Shown here one piece after another: positions 22,790 through 34,803 of a stretch of DNA of 36,420 nucleotides. The notes under the pieces are model-generated. The model ran no database searches. It was not told the origin of the DNA and was given only the letters and a program-made list of their open reading frames with translations. The stretch spans positions 1 through 36,420 of the forward strand of contig NW_021835915.1 of NCBI RefSeq assembly GCF_006345805.1, given 5' to 3'. The stretch comes from Octopus sinensis (Eukaryota). The stretch's first letter is position 1; each line of letters opens with the position of its first letter. Made by a program: the position numbers and the translations under genes.

Positions 22790-23789
22790 AGAACTTTATG
22801 ACTCATGCTCGCTTTGTACCTGCCAGAAATTCGTATGTAAATCTACTTGGAATCGTAAATGTGATTCTTGCCATCATTTCTTGATCTGTCATGGTTTGAC
22901 TTATATGCTAAAGTTGACTTTGTAGTAAAATCTAACGAACGTCAATTATCTCAAATCTATATCGGAATTTTTAAAGCTATTTTATTATAAAAACTATCAA
23001 ATTCCAACGTCATTACAACAATTTGTTCAATTGGTTGCCATACTTCTTCCAGGAAATCAACTCGGCGAAAAGCTCAATATTTTGGGTTGGAGTTTGGAGA
23101 ATTTTAATAGATATTCTAAAGTTATTCAATGTTATAATAATTTTAGAATATTGAAGTTGAAAACGAGCAAAGCAAAATATCAAAAGAAGAAGAAAACTTT
23201 ATTTTATTAAAAATTAAAAAACAAAAACTTTATATAGATCATAGCCAAGCATATACCTCAAAACAGTACAGACTAAATGATTCCAGGAATACCCAACATG
23301 CAACGTTCAACGTTGAAAATTTATATCAAAATAATTCTCCAATTTTAGGAATGTTTATGTACTCTGTCTTTCAATACCAATATGGGCTTTATATGCGTCA
23401 AGTTTATGAAAATTTCACCAAGCAGATGCAAAATTTTGTAATACAGAAAGCATTTTCACAAGAGCAGTTAATCAATAGCTACGCAGAAAATAGTGAGCAT
23501 AAATCCAAGAAAATTTTTCATTCCAACAAAATTTTTATGGAGGTATCATAACTGGACGAAACGGAAAGAAACGAGTTCTCTGTAGCAAATGTGGAAAGAC
23601 ATTTTGCAACCGAGGAGCCTTAAAAATACATGTGAGTGCAGTCCATTTGTGTGAATCTCATTACTGTACTGTACTGGCTGCAAAATGAGCTTTTCTTCCA
23701 GAAGAAGTCGGAATAGACACAGTGCTAATAAAAATCCTAAATTGCATTGTTCAACGCGTTTTTTAAGGAAAAAGTCAGAACCCCCCTAA
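22790..23789 (+). pseudogene. BNC: Basonuclin/disco-like zinc-finger gene, frame-disrupted
   Basis: N-terminal domain CSLCTCQKF...RKCDSCHH...CH and IPTSLQQFVQLVAIL...LNILGWSLENFNRY. The finger pair KKRVLCSKCGKTFCNRGALKIHVSAVHL..SHYCTV.GCKMSFSSRRSRNRHSANKNPKLH closely matches the basonuclin/disco consensus. One unambiguous 1-nt deletion at ~23675; the other frame changes could be micro-introns. Confidence 0.85.
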
Positions 23790-24189
23790 GGGATATCACC
23801 AAAATGATTTCAAAATCAGATTTATCATATCAAAAAATGTGATTGTCTATATTTCTAACATTTCATTCAAATTAAGTGAATTTGTTTTCTCATTTTTACT
23901 ATCGAAAAATTATTTGTTTTGATCTAATTACCACTTAAAAAGGTTCAAAGGGATTAGATTTCGCTACCCCAAAGACCTCACTTCTCGATTTCTACCACCG
24001 CTGTACAATTTCTAATTTCTAAATTTGGAAATTTAGTTCTAGGAAAATTTGAAGTTAGAAAATCAAATTTATCACGCTTTGCAAAAATATTTGGTTATCA
24101 TGCGATCTATAAAGTTTTCGTCTCTCTCAACGTCTTTTCCACTTAATTAACATAACAATTTCCCATTAGAATACGAAAGACAGGACAAG

Positions 24190-27100
24190 TAACATTTCGT
24201 GATTCCAACACGTAGGAGAAGACTCCTCGTTTTGACCCGATTTTCCTCACGAGTACCCACGCAAGCGCGCAGTGGTTGTGCCTCAGATGATGCCTCCTTT
24301 AGTGGATTACAAATCAAATGGATAACGGCGCTGAAATCACATCCGTGAAAAACAACGAGCCTTCTTGGTTCAACACTTTTGATGAACTACTCAAAACTCA
24401 AAGGGATTAATGGGATTTAAGATATTCCTGATAAGTTAAACCTTGGAGACTGTCTTGACTTTTATTTTGCTTGTAAATTTTGAATTTTATTTGAATTATC
24501 AAAATCACCCGAACCAATTGTTTTTTACAACCATGTTAAATCTCTTTATCATCGTTTTTTATTCGCGAGAATATTTCTTGTCTTTCTCCTGAAATGGCTA
24601 GTCGGATATATCTAAGTGTCAATATGAAGGACGAATCTGTTGAATTTAAGAAATTATTCAAAGAAGCTAAATCTGAGACTTACGTTTTTTTGAAGAACAA
24701 TTATTTTCCGAATTTTCCTTTTATCTTCTGAATATCTCGAATTTTTAAACAATACTGACGTTTTCAAGCCCGAACTGAAAGCTTACAGCCATTAAAGTTG
24801 TTTAAACTTCTCTAAATCGAAAATATGTGGAAACATCCAAGTCAGCAAATAGTTAATACTTATTTATCTTATTTTTTAGGTAAATAGACCCTCGATATCA
24901 ACCAAGTTCGGCTCTCAGTGATTCAAGGACTTTTGGGAATGAACTTTCTTCGAGAATCAAGAATAAGAGTAGTAATAGAACTCAATGGTTGTTATTTAAT
25001 AGTTCGATAATAAAACAGGGCAATGAGAAGTCCTTCGATCTCTCTCATATTCAACCTGATGATATTCTAGAGCAGGGGTCACCAAACTTTTTGCACACTC
25101 GCGGGCCGGATTGACCCCAACACAATGAACGCGGGCCGGAGCACGTGCATAGGATTAATAATTTTACTAGAAATTCATAAGTGTGTTTTTTACAATAAAA
25201 ACTAATTTAAACAAAAATAAAGTAAACACAAATTTTAATGAGAGCTATGGAACTGTGATCTTTTTTTGATAAGTTCATCAATATTTGGTTTTAAATTGCT
25301 GCATCCTATCATGAGAATTGATTTTAAGTGTCCGTCAGTCAATCTTGCACGATGGGCAGACTTAACATATTTCATCCTCGAAAACGTTTGCTCACATTGG
25401 TAAGTTGTGCCAAATATAGAAATCATCTTTATCGCAAAATTCTTTAGTCTCGGAAACTCATCATCCTTGAGATATTCGTAGAACTCAGCGAGTTTGGTCC
25501 GTCTGTGACAATCTTTGAGCTGTTCATTTGATTGTAAGTCAATAACTTCTAATTGTAATTCATGTTGAACATTTTCAACATTACAAGAAAATGGATTTTC
25601 GAACAAAATTATATCGCTTTCAATTTTGTCAAGTTCAGAAAACTTATGTAAAAAATGATGTTTTAATTCTTTGATAATTCCAATTTGGAAAGTAATGTCG
25701 ATCTCATTACAGTTTGCCTCACAAAAACTTTTAAAACAAGAAAAGTGTGAAAACTGACGTACTCCAAGTTGTGACTCGAATAATAACATCAATTTTTGTC
25801 GAAATGCTTTAATTATCCTGTAGAAATCACAAATTAAGTTTTCCTTCCTTGTAATTTCAGATTTAGCTCATTCATGTGAGTTGTAACATCAACCAAAAAT
25901 GATAATTTTGATAGCCAAGCAAGATCTGATAATTCGGATAATAGTTATTTTTACTGGTTAGAAAAATATCAATCTCACTTCGGAGTTTTAAACTATTTAA
26001 TACATTACCACAGCTAAGCCATCTAACTGCAGTGTAATATGGTAAGTCAAAATATTCAGATCCAAAATCGTCAAGTAAAACTTTAAACTGACGGTGATTA
26101 AGTGAGCTCCCTCGAACAAAGTTTATTATGCGAATAACTGGATTCAACACACATGAAATATTAAGAGCCTTCGCACATAGTGCGTGCTGATGAAGGATGC
26201 AATGAATGAAACAGTGTTTGAAATATGTAATTCCTCCAATTTATTAGTTATTTGCCCAACTAGACCCTTTTTAGAACCAGCCATATTCTTTGCCCCGTCA
26301 ATCGTAACACAACTCAGTTTCTCCCATTCAAGGTTATAGTCACTTATAGTTTGTTCCAATTCATCAAAAATATCTTTTCCAGTGGTTTTCCATGAATAGA
26401 ACAAACAGATGCCAGTTCTTCAGTTATGGAATATTCTCATCAACTCCACGAATAAAAATAAGAAGTTGCGATGTTCCCGAAATGTCAACTGACTCATCCA
26501 ATGCAAGAGAATACCACAACATATTACTTGTCTTTTCACAAATTTGTATATATATTTTTTCCAAGCTCTTCAGTTCTCCGTGATACAGAACTCGCCGACA
26601 AACTTATTCCATCAAATAAGGAAGATTTAGTGGGCACAAACAATTAACTGCTTCAATAATGCAATTTTTGATATACATCCCATCACTAAAGGTTTCCCGT
26701 GTTGTGAAATAATTTTCGTTATCTCGTATCCAGCTCTTGTTACATTTCATTATTTTCAAATTTTTTTTTATAAGGCCTTGTTGAATTTGTAAAGTGCGTT
26801 TCAGTGATTCAACTTTATCCTCACGTAGCTTTCCAGTGTACTTGGAATATATCGGAGCATGATTCGTTTCATAATGACGTCGAATGTTATACTCCTTCAT
26901 AACAGAGAGATGTTCGTGGCATATTAAACAATAAGCTTTCTGCTTTAATTCATCTTTCGCAAAAAAATACTTCAATTCCCATAATTTATTGAATACACGG
27001 CATTCGCGGTCAACCTTTCTGTCATATTAGACATAGCAACAAAGAAAAATTTAACGTTAATGCTGATAAGTTTTTTTTCGAATTAAATCTTGCAAAATAG

Positions 27101-27735
27101 TTTATTTTTTAATTAAAGTTTTTATTTAAGTTATTATTAAGGTATTAATTGAATATCTCGAAAGTGCGCGGGCCGGATAAAATGTTGTCGCGGGCCGGAT
27201 CGGGCCGCGCGGCCGTAGATTGGTGACGCACGTCTGTTCTAGAGGAACATATCTCAAAATTATGGGATAAACACCTATTAAAAAAGCTTCAATTCCTCTG
27301 AATATAAAGTCCGGATCTTGTTTTGCTCAAAGACTTAATGAAACTGTGTTAATCGTAGTATATTTACTTATTAATAGGTAAGGTCAATTAATTTTAGCAC
27401 TGAGAAATTTCCATACTTGTTTAGCTGCTCCTCAGGGCCCTCTTGTGGTTGGGTATCAATTTTCCAATGAAAAATTTCCTTTTCGACTATAGTTAATAAA
27501 CCTACAATTGATTTGAGAGCTTTTTAAAAATTGTGGGAAGGAAAGGATCTTTTCGGTAAAAGTTTGCAGCTATAATTATTTTAAAATATTTTTTTAAACA
27601 GCTTGTTTTGATTTTGACTCTTCTGTTGCATTTGTAGAACTTTTTAATGATTCAGATGAAGTTCCCCTCTGGGAAGGAAAAGTATTTTCAAAGATTTTCC
27701 CGAGCTGTTCTGATTGGTCTCACTTGTCAAAATGA
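24190..27735 (+). pseudogene. AXIN: Axin pseudogene (RGS, GSK3-binding, beta-catenin-binding, DIX), split by a hAT insertion
   Basis: RGS: WFNTFDELLK..GLMGFKIFL..LGDCLDFYFAC...KSLYHRFL...FKEAKSETYVFLKNNYFPNF.LSSEYLEF. GSK3-like motif TFGNELSSRI (24929-24958). QPDDILE|EHISKLW is rejoined across the hAT. DIX: LVVGYQFSNEKFPFR...GRKGSFR|YFFK...FDFDSSVAFVELFNDSDEVPLWEGKV. Multiple frameshifts and stops; the 5' boundary is approximate. Confidence 0.88.
25073..27236 (-). mobile_element. hAT transposon (SPIN/Charlie/Buster, GTF2IRD2/EPM2AIP1-like), near full length, frameshifted
   Basis: 8-bp TSD TTCTAGAG (25065-25072, 27237-27244); TIR CAGGGGTCACCAAAC with a degenerate partner; GCGGGCCGGA subterminal motifs. 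Transposase ~27034-25235: CLICH...NIRRHYETNH, IDGAKNM, LPYYTAVRWLS, FGTTYQCEQTFSRM. Confidence 0.95.
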
Positions 27736-28158
27736 AAAAATATATTATTGTACGGGTGTGGATCCTACTCTGAATTGGCATAACATCATTTTTTAATTTT
27801 GTGTTTTTAATGAATAATATATTACCAGATTGATTCGTTAAAATAAGTTTCAAAATTCCTGATGCTTTTATTTGCGATCTATTAACTAAAAACAAAATTG
27901 GCACCTCAATTGCAAGGTTTGTTGTATAAAATTTGTGTTTTACTTACTTTATGTTTTGAAGTCAGGTTTATATTTTATTTCCTTAAATAAAGCAAATGTT
28001 TTAGCAGAAAAAAGACCAGGAAAAAGACACGACTTTTTCAAAAATTACTTTTAATAAATTTTATCACCAAGGAAACATATTGATTATAAAGTTAGAAGGT
28101 CATTTGGTTTTCTTAAGTTTTGATGTTTAATGACATTTGGTAGTATCTAAATAAATAC

Positions 28159-28430
28159 ATGGATAAATATTCATTTTCAAAAGTTCTCGGAGATGGAACG
28201 TATGGAATTGTATATACGGGGATTGTTAAATCAACTGGAGACAAGGTTGCAATTAAAAAGTATTTTTTTAATCAAATGATATTTTTATTTCAACAAAGAA
28301 TGAGAAAAAATTATTATTCGTGGGAGGAGTGCTTAGAATTAACCGGCGAAATTAGTTTTAGAAGACATAAATTTTAATAAATGATTTTTGCAGTTCTAGA
28401 AATGTTTCCATTTAGCTTGAAGTTTATTAT
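28159..28430 (+). pseudogene. MAK: MAK/ICK (Ime2-family) kinase 5' fragment
   Basis: MDKYSFSKVLGDGTYGIVY...VAIKK|MRKNYYSWEECLEL (cf. LGDGTYG...KRKFYSWDEC) with a 39-nt intron. The rest of the kinase domain is not recognisable downstream. Confidence 0.8.
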
Positions 28431-29140
28431 TAAAAATGGATGATTACCATAGAAATCGAAAACAGTTTTTGGGAAATCAGATGGCAAAGGATGAGGAATC
28501 AAAAATTTCTCAAGATATAAAATAGTGTTAAAATTCACGTATGTATATAATATGTTTTAGGGATTATGAAACGAATGATTGTTTGTTGAAGATGGAACTT
28601 GGACCTACATACAGTCAGTTGTGTTGAAAAAAAGACTCTGTCCGTAGGACATAATCAAAGTTATAATCCCACACGTGTAACAAGCGAGGCGATCTTCTGG
28701 ATTATCCTAAAAGGTTTACTTTCTTTTCTTGAAAAAATCGCATAGTCATCTTGGAAGTATGACATGGTGCCATTGTATAGGGCCTATAGAATAAATCAAA
28801 CCCACATTAATTAGTTTTCTTGTCTGCTCTCTTGGCTTTCTCCCTAACTTTAATTTATGGGTTTGTTGGGAAATAAAACTTGTCTTGTCTTGTCGGCTGG
28901 ATATTCGAGAAAAATGATTAAAAACACAACACTCCAATCTCAATTTTGTTACTCCATATCGTTAACCTCAGATTATTTTTAAAATTCATATTCACCATAA
29001 TTTTATGTACTATAATAAATATTTATTTATGCATAAATTCATTAATTTCTAATACAAAAATCTTAATAATAAATGGTATGGTGTGTGTCTCTGTCTGTCT
29101 GTCTGTCTGTCTGTGTGTGCACACCAACTTCAAATTGGCA

Positions 29141-29650
29141 ATACGATGTCCTCGACTTACATGATGAGGTCCTTAAAACCTTCCCTCCAAAAAATTAAAA
29201 AAAATTTTCTGCATTTTGGTTAAAATGAACAACTACGATGTCCTCGACTTACATGATGAGGTCCTTAAAACCTTCCCCCCAAAAAAAATTAAAAAAAAAT
29301 TTTCTGCATTTTGGTTAAAATGAACAACTACGATGTCCTCGACTTACATGATGAGGTCCTTAAAAACCTTCCCCCCAAAAAAAATTAAAAAAAAAATTTC
29401 TGCATTTTGGTTAAATGAACAACTACGATGTCCTCGACTTACATGATGAGGTCCTTAAAACCTTCCCCCCAAAAAAATTAAAAAAAAATTTCTCCATTTT
29501 GGTTAAAATGAACAACTACGATGTCCTCGACTTACATGATGAGGTCCTTAAAACCTTCCCGCCAAAAAATCAAAAAATATTTTCTGCATTTGATTAAAAT
29601 GAACAACGTTAATGTCCTCGACATTCATGATGAGGTCCATTAAAACCTTC
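29141..29650. repeat. Tandem array, 91-95-bp unit, 6 copies, homologous in reverse complement to the 16-19 kb satellite
   Basis: The gtcctcgac core recurs at 29148, 29240, 29335, 29430, 29523 and 29614. The reverse complement shares catcatgt.agtcgaggac and gttgttcattttaac.aaaa.gcagaaaa with the long array. Confidence 0.95.
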
Positions 29651-29844
29651 GAGGCAAAAATCTCACGTATTAAGAATATCCTTGATGAAAACGACAGCAA
29701 GAATATTAACAATTATGACTCCCAATTATTCGCGATAAGAAATTCAATTCATCCTATGATTTTCTCTTAAAATTAATGCATATATCATTATCGACCATGA
29801 ATCAAAATTAAAGCTATTATCATATTTGACTTTGACAGAATGTG

Positions 29845-30055
29845 CAATTACAGATTGCACGACTTTGAATAGAGTGTGCAATTAACAGATTTTGAAAAAC
29901 CACTTTGATAGTTGAAACCACATTAGCACAATCATTAACACAATTTACCACCAATAGACACACGACCTGAATAGAGTGTGCAATTAACAGATTTTGAAAA
30001 ACACTTTGATAGTTGAAACCCACATTAGCACAATCATTAACACAATTTACCACCA
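29845..30055. repeat. Two-copy ~110-bp tandem duplication inside the Helitron
   Basis: gaatagagtgtgcaattaacagattttgaaaaac...cattagcacaatcattaacacaatttaccaccaat occurs twice. Confidence 0.9.
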
Positions 30056-30699
30056 ATGACAGCGCAATCAGAAGAATTTGCGTAAAAATTAACTATTTAG
30101 TTAAGTTTTTCGTAAAGATAGAATTTATTTTCGGTATGCCTCTTTCCTAAACTTTTTATTATTCAAAAATAATTTTTTCAATAGATAACCGAAGGAGGAA
30201 GACGACCTTAAGAAAAGAAGTTTTTCTTAAAGATAGAATTTATTATCTGTAGCCTCTTTTTTCTAATATTTTTTATTATTCAAAAATAATTTTTTAAATA
30301 GATAACCGAAGGAGGAAAACGAAGCTGAAGAAAAAACGGTCAGCTTAGGTAATTAATTAAATCTTTTTTGTGTGTCGCTTTTTTGGCTGCTGCTACTCTG
30401 CCTGCCGCATCTCTGCCTGCCCCATCTCCAGCTGCCCCATTTCGCCAGTGGTTTGTCTAATCAAGGTCACTAAGCTAAATCTCCGGACTATAAAGGCTCT
30501 TAAGCATTATCTTAATTGGCTGTTAAAAAAATTAGACAGGTTGTTGCCGTGGCGGCAGAGATTTTTTTTGTTTATACTATTTCACAAATTTTTAAAGTTT
30601 TTTTTTTTATTTTTTGTTTTAAATTATTTTTTTTTATTTGTTTTTTTTTATTTTTTTTGTTATTTTCTAAAAATTCAACCGGATTGAATTTTTAAACTC

Positions 30700-31144
30700 C
30701 TTAGATCCCTCTGGAATGCCGAATCATCTTTTAAAGTTAAAGATAGCCGTTCAGTGGTTTTATTACGAAATCTTGCGCCACCTAAATTATGCAACGGAAC
30801 GAGGTTAGTTATCAAAATTTGATGGCTAACGTAATAGAGGCGACGATATTAACAGGTAAGTATAGAGGTGAGGATGTTTATATTCCACGAATTCCGATAA
30901 TTTCTGATGAATTACCATTTAGATTTAAAAGGCTGCGATTTCCTTTGAGGATGAGTTTTGCAATGACAATAAACAAGGCCCAGGGACAGTCATTAAGGTA
31001 GTTGAGTTATTTTTAGAGAGTGAGTGCTTTTCACATGGACAGCTGTATGTGGGATGCTCGAGGGTAGGGCAGAAGAGAAATTTATTCATATATGCCAAGG
31101 AAGGACGGACGACAAACATCGTTTATCAACAGGCGATAGAATAG
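30700..31144 (+). pseudogene. Helitron PIF1-like helicase C-terminal remnant
   Basis: PSGMPNHLLKLK..VVLLRNLAPPKLCNGTRL...IPRIP...[27 protein letters not shown]...[15 protein letters not shown]...TNIVYQQAIE*. Confidence 0.93.
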
Positions 31145-31559
31145 GGTTACATTAAACCAGGTAGTTTTATACATCTACATAAACTTATAGTTGTTTGATG
31201 AAACAGGCCCTCCGCAGGAGCTAGGTCGCGGTGAGCAAAGCGAGCTGCCGAGCTAGTCTGTTATAAGACGTATTCCTTCATTTCCCGAAAATCTTGGCTC
31301 TTCTGAGAATACAACAATAATCTAAAAATACATGTCAATCACTAAAGATACACTGTTTTCTGTAAAATGATCTTCTTCATTTTAAATCCCGCATTGGCGT
31401 CCTGATCCTGCAGTAGGTTGCTTTTTGACTGGAGGGTGTTCAATTGTGATTTCTCACAGTCCTGTTATGTATAAATTTTTAATATCCCCTCCATTAACAT
31501 TAATATGATTGATAAATTTCCAAAAATTAATTTCCAGCAAAATCACTATTTTATAAACA

Positions 31560-32010
31560 CAGTTTGACGAAAATCATCTGTCGATCTCTTCGAACTGCTG
31601 GATTCCACACACAATTGAAACCTATAGGGATTTTTGTAGAGGACGGCAGAAGACCCAATGGGATGACCACATTTCCATTTCAGAGGGGAAAGTGTCTGGT
31701 TTGGGGACGTCACGTGTGTGAACTCCTTTTCCAATCTGAATATCAAATTATGCATCGAGAATCCTGGAGCCCCGTCTGAACGGGCTGAGAGAAAAGCTGC
31801 TGAGAAATACGCTGGAATTGGAATTGGAGAGTGTTTGTTTCCCTGGCTGTTGAGACGTCAGGAATACAGGGGCCTTCTACTCGGACCCTACTCCAGCGCA
31901 TTGCCTCATTAATCGAAAGGGTTACCGGCGACCGTGTGAGCACCGGTATTTAATCGAACAAATATCTATAGCCATAGTCAGAGGCAATACTCTGGCTATC
32001 TGCCAATGAC
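31560..32010 (+). mobile_element. CRE-like non-LTR retrotransposon 3' (RLE) fragment
   Basis: IICRSLRTAGFHTQLKPIGIFVEDGRRPNGMTTFPFQRGKCLVW.VTCVNSF...AERKAAEKY...LAVETSG...IEQISIAIVRGN. Confidence 0.88.
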
Positions 32011-32460
32011 GATTTTTCTCTTGACCTATTTTGATTATAAAATTATGAGGGACTTGGCAAACTTTAATAAAAAATTATTTTTTTTAATTAAAAACCTGAT
32101 TTTTTTAGTTTTTTTAAAGTTAATTGCATCCTAATTTCAAAATCTAAAAAAGTTGGAATTCTTTTGTTCTTTTTTTGTAGTTAGTTATAAGCCTTCAAAT
32201 ATGGACATATCCTGGACATTTTTCCTTACAAGTTTATTTCTGTCGCATTTCTCGATTTTGGTGAAAATTCTCATTTTGAAGTCATGATTTAGTTGTAATT
32301 ATATGTGCTATTACTTTAAAAAAATGTCTTTTAATAGTATTTGTTGTGGATTACAAGTAATGGTGACCACATATATACTTTTCAAATTACCACTTTCTCA
32401 TTTTCTCAGCTCAATCGTTAAAAATATCAAAAATTTGTTCTGACCTTCAATATCGTTGTA

Positions 32461-34340
32461 CAGTACGACCCCGGTTTGGGGCAGCATTTTTATCATAGTG
32501 CCCCAAAAAGCGGGGGTGCCCCAAAATGCGAGGGTAAAGATTTTTTGCTTTTATTTTCTCCTCAATAGATTTTTATTGCATTTTAGACTATAAATTAAAA
32601 TTATTTAATATTAATAAAAATTCTAACATAGTCCTTTCTAATAAAATTTAAAAATTTTAATAAATCCAACAAAAAATACTATTAAAAGTAATCAGTAATT
32701 TTCTCACCGAATTGGTTTTTTTTCAGTTCTCCTGATAGGTTTTTTCTAAATTCGTAGTAGATTTTCAAAAATTGTGGACATGTACTGAAAATATTATCTT
32801 CTAGAGAATTCACGATGTTTATGATTTCTTTAATTGATGATTTTTTAGATTCATATCCATCATAAGTAATTTTGTCCTCAATAATATCTGTCGAATCCAT
32901 TGAAATAACATCTGAAATCACGTCATCTATTAATTCTTCGTCCAACTGTACATTATCCGAAATTTTTTGATCTGTTTTCATTTATTTTCTGCCAGCAATT
33001 AATTATCGTTGTCTCTGACATCATTTTCCATGCCTCCCCGACAACTGTAATGACTTGTCTAAGATTGACATTATTCAAATTCAAATCAGAAAGCTGTTCT
33101 TTTTCAAATATAAGAGTAAAATCAATCAGTTTATTGAAATAGAGGGACTTGAAGGATTTTATTATTCCCATATCTAGGGGTTGAATTAAAGCGGTCGTAT
33201 TTTTGGGAAGAAAAAGTAAATAACATTGGAATATTCTGTATTTCTGTGACAGCTCGCATTATCCAGTATTAAGACAATTTTTCTCTTTTCATTGATCATA
33301 TCTTGATTTACTTTCCATAACCATTTCCCAAAATATCACTAGTCATCCACGAATTTTTTGATGCAGCATATAGTACTCTCCGTGATCCTCAGCGTTAAAA
33401 TTTTTTAAACACCTAGGAGATTTGAATTTTCCAATTAATAGAGGTTTTAACTTTTCACCAAGTGCATTACAACAAAGGAGAAGGGTAACTTTCTCTTTGC
33501 TCATTTTAATTCCATTGCATTTGTCATTAAATTGAACAAAAGATTTCGACGGCGTTCGCTTTATGTATAAAGCTGTTTCATCACACAGTTAAAATATTTT
33601 TCACTTCCTACAGTTTCCAAACAGTTGTCATAATCAGCAAAAAAATTGGAAACCGTAGAAAGGTCAGATGAATTCTTTTCTCCACTTATAGTTTTAAATA
33701 GCAACTCGTGTCTTTTCTTGAACCGTCTAGCCATCCATTTGATGCCTTAAATGATTCATAATTTATCTTTTTAGATAATTTTTTTGCAATCAGTTTTAAG
33801 ATAGTTCCAGAAATTGGAAGAAATTCATCTCTCAGACGTAGAAAAGTTTCAAAAACTAATCTATCTAATTCATTATTTGGATCATGTGATTCCTTGATTC
33901 TATCGGATTCAGTTAATCCCGCGTCAAAATAATAAACAAAATTTTGTTTAATGCGAGAATAGTACCTGTAATTAATAATTAGTTAAAAAAGATACCTTTG
34001 CTCGTTTTATACTTTTTAGCAAGATCTCTTTCTGAAAATTGACCATGTTTTATATCTTTAGCGATTTTAATTTTTGTTTCATAATTAATCTTTGAATTCT
34101 TTTTACGAACCATACTAAAGTCAAAATAAACACGTGAAATAATAGTATTAATTAATAATTAATAAATAAACTAACATTTTGTAATTAAATAAATTAAATA
34201 AGTGCCCCAAACCGGGGTCATCAAAATAAATAATAGAATGAAAAATTTACTGTTTTCAAAAACTGCCCCTAAAAGCGGGGGTGCCCCAAAACCCGAGGGT
34301 GCCCCACCCATGGGGTCTGCCCCAAACCGGGGTCGTACTG
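32461..34340 (-). mobile_element. pogo/Tigger transposon, full length, degraded transposase with a 30-nt intron
   Basis: 24-bp perfect TIR CAGTACGACCCCGGTTTGGGGCAG with TA TSDs. ATG at 34113; intron 33966-33995; motifs FKASNGWL, KVTLLLCCNALG..KLKPLLIGK, LPKNTTALIQPLDMGIIKSFK, AWKMMSETTIINCW. Confidence 0.93.
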
Positions 34341-34803
34341 TATTACTTATTTTTTGTTAGTAAATCTGTCATCTACTGTTGTTGATTTGTTATATGGAAC
34401 GTGGAATGACTTCTTGTATTTGTTATTCAACTATTTCCCATTCTCTTGGACTAAAGTAAGTTTTTCAGGACTTATGAATAACATATTTTCTTGATCTGAT
34501 ATCAATTTTCATTATGTTTGAGGGAGTTGAGAGAGCATTTAATTACCCAGAAATGATAAAAATTGGCGGTCTTTTGTGTAAATTAGGTGATTTGGGTAGT
34601 CTCGGATGAGAAAATTTGGTAAACTTAGTGGGGGGATTTTTTATATTGGAGGTCATAATCTTCACGTGTGCCACCCAATATAAGTTAAACGATAACCGAT
34701 CCAAATTTATTTATTTATATATATTTTTTCAATATTATAGGTAATACAAACAAATTATTTATTAAATTAAAAATATTAATAATTTTAAAAAAACAATAAT
34801 AAA

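Larger units (their letters stand above)
29061..31256 (+). mobile_element. Non-autonomous Helitron, complete ends, related to the 14371-19668 element
   Basis: 5' A|TCTTAATAATAAATGGTATGG plus (GTCT)n; 6 tandem units; helicase C-terminus; 3' hairpin and CTAG|T at 31253-31257. Confidence 0.9.

Noticed and set aside
32040-32065. gagggacttggcaaactt resembling the RAD54 GLGKT codons at ~6200
   Set aside because: The match is only ~16 nt with no flanking similarity and is compatible with chance.
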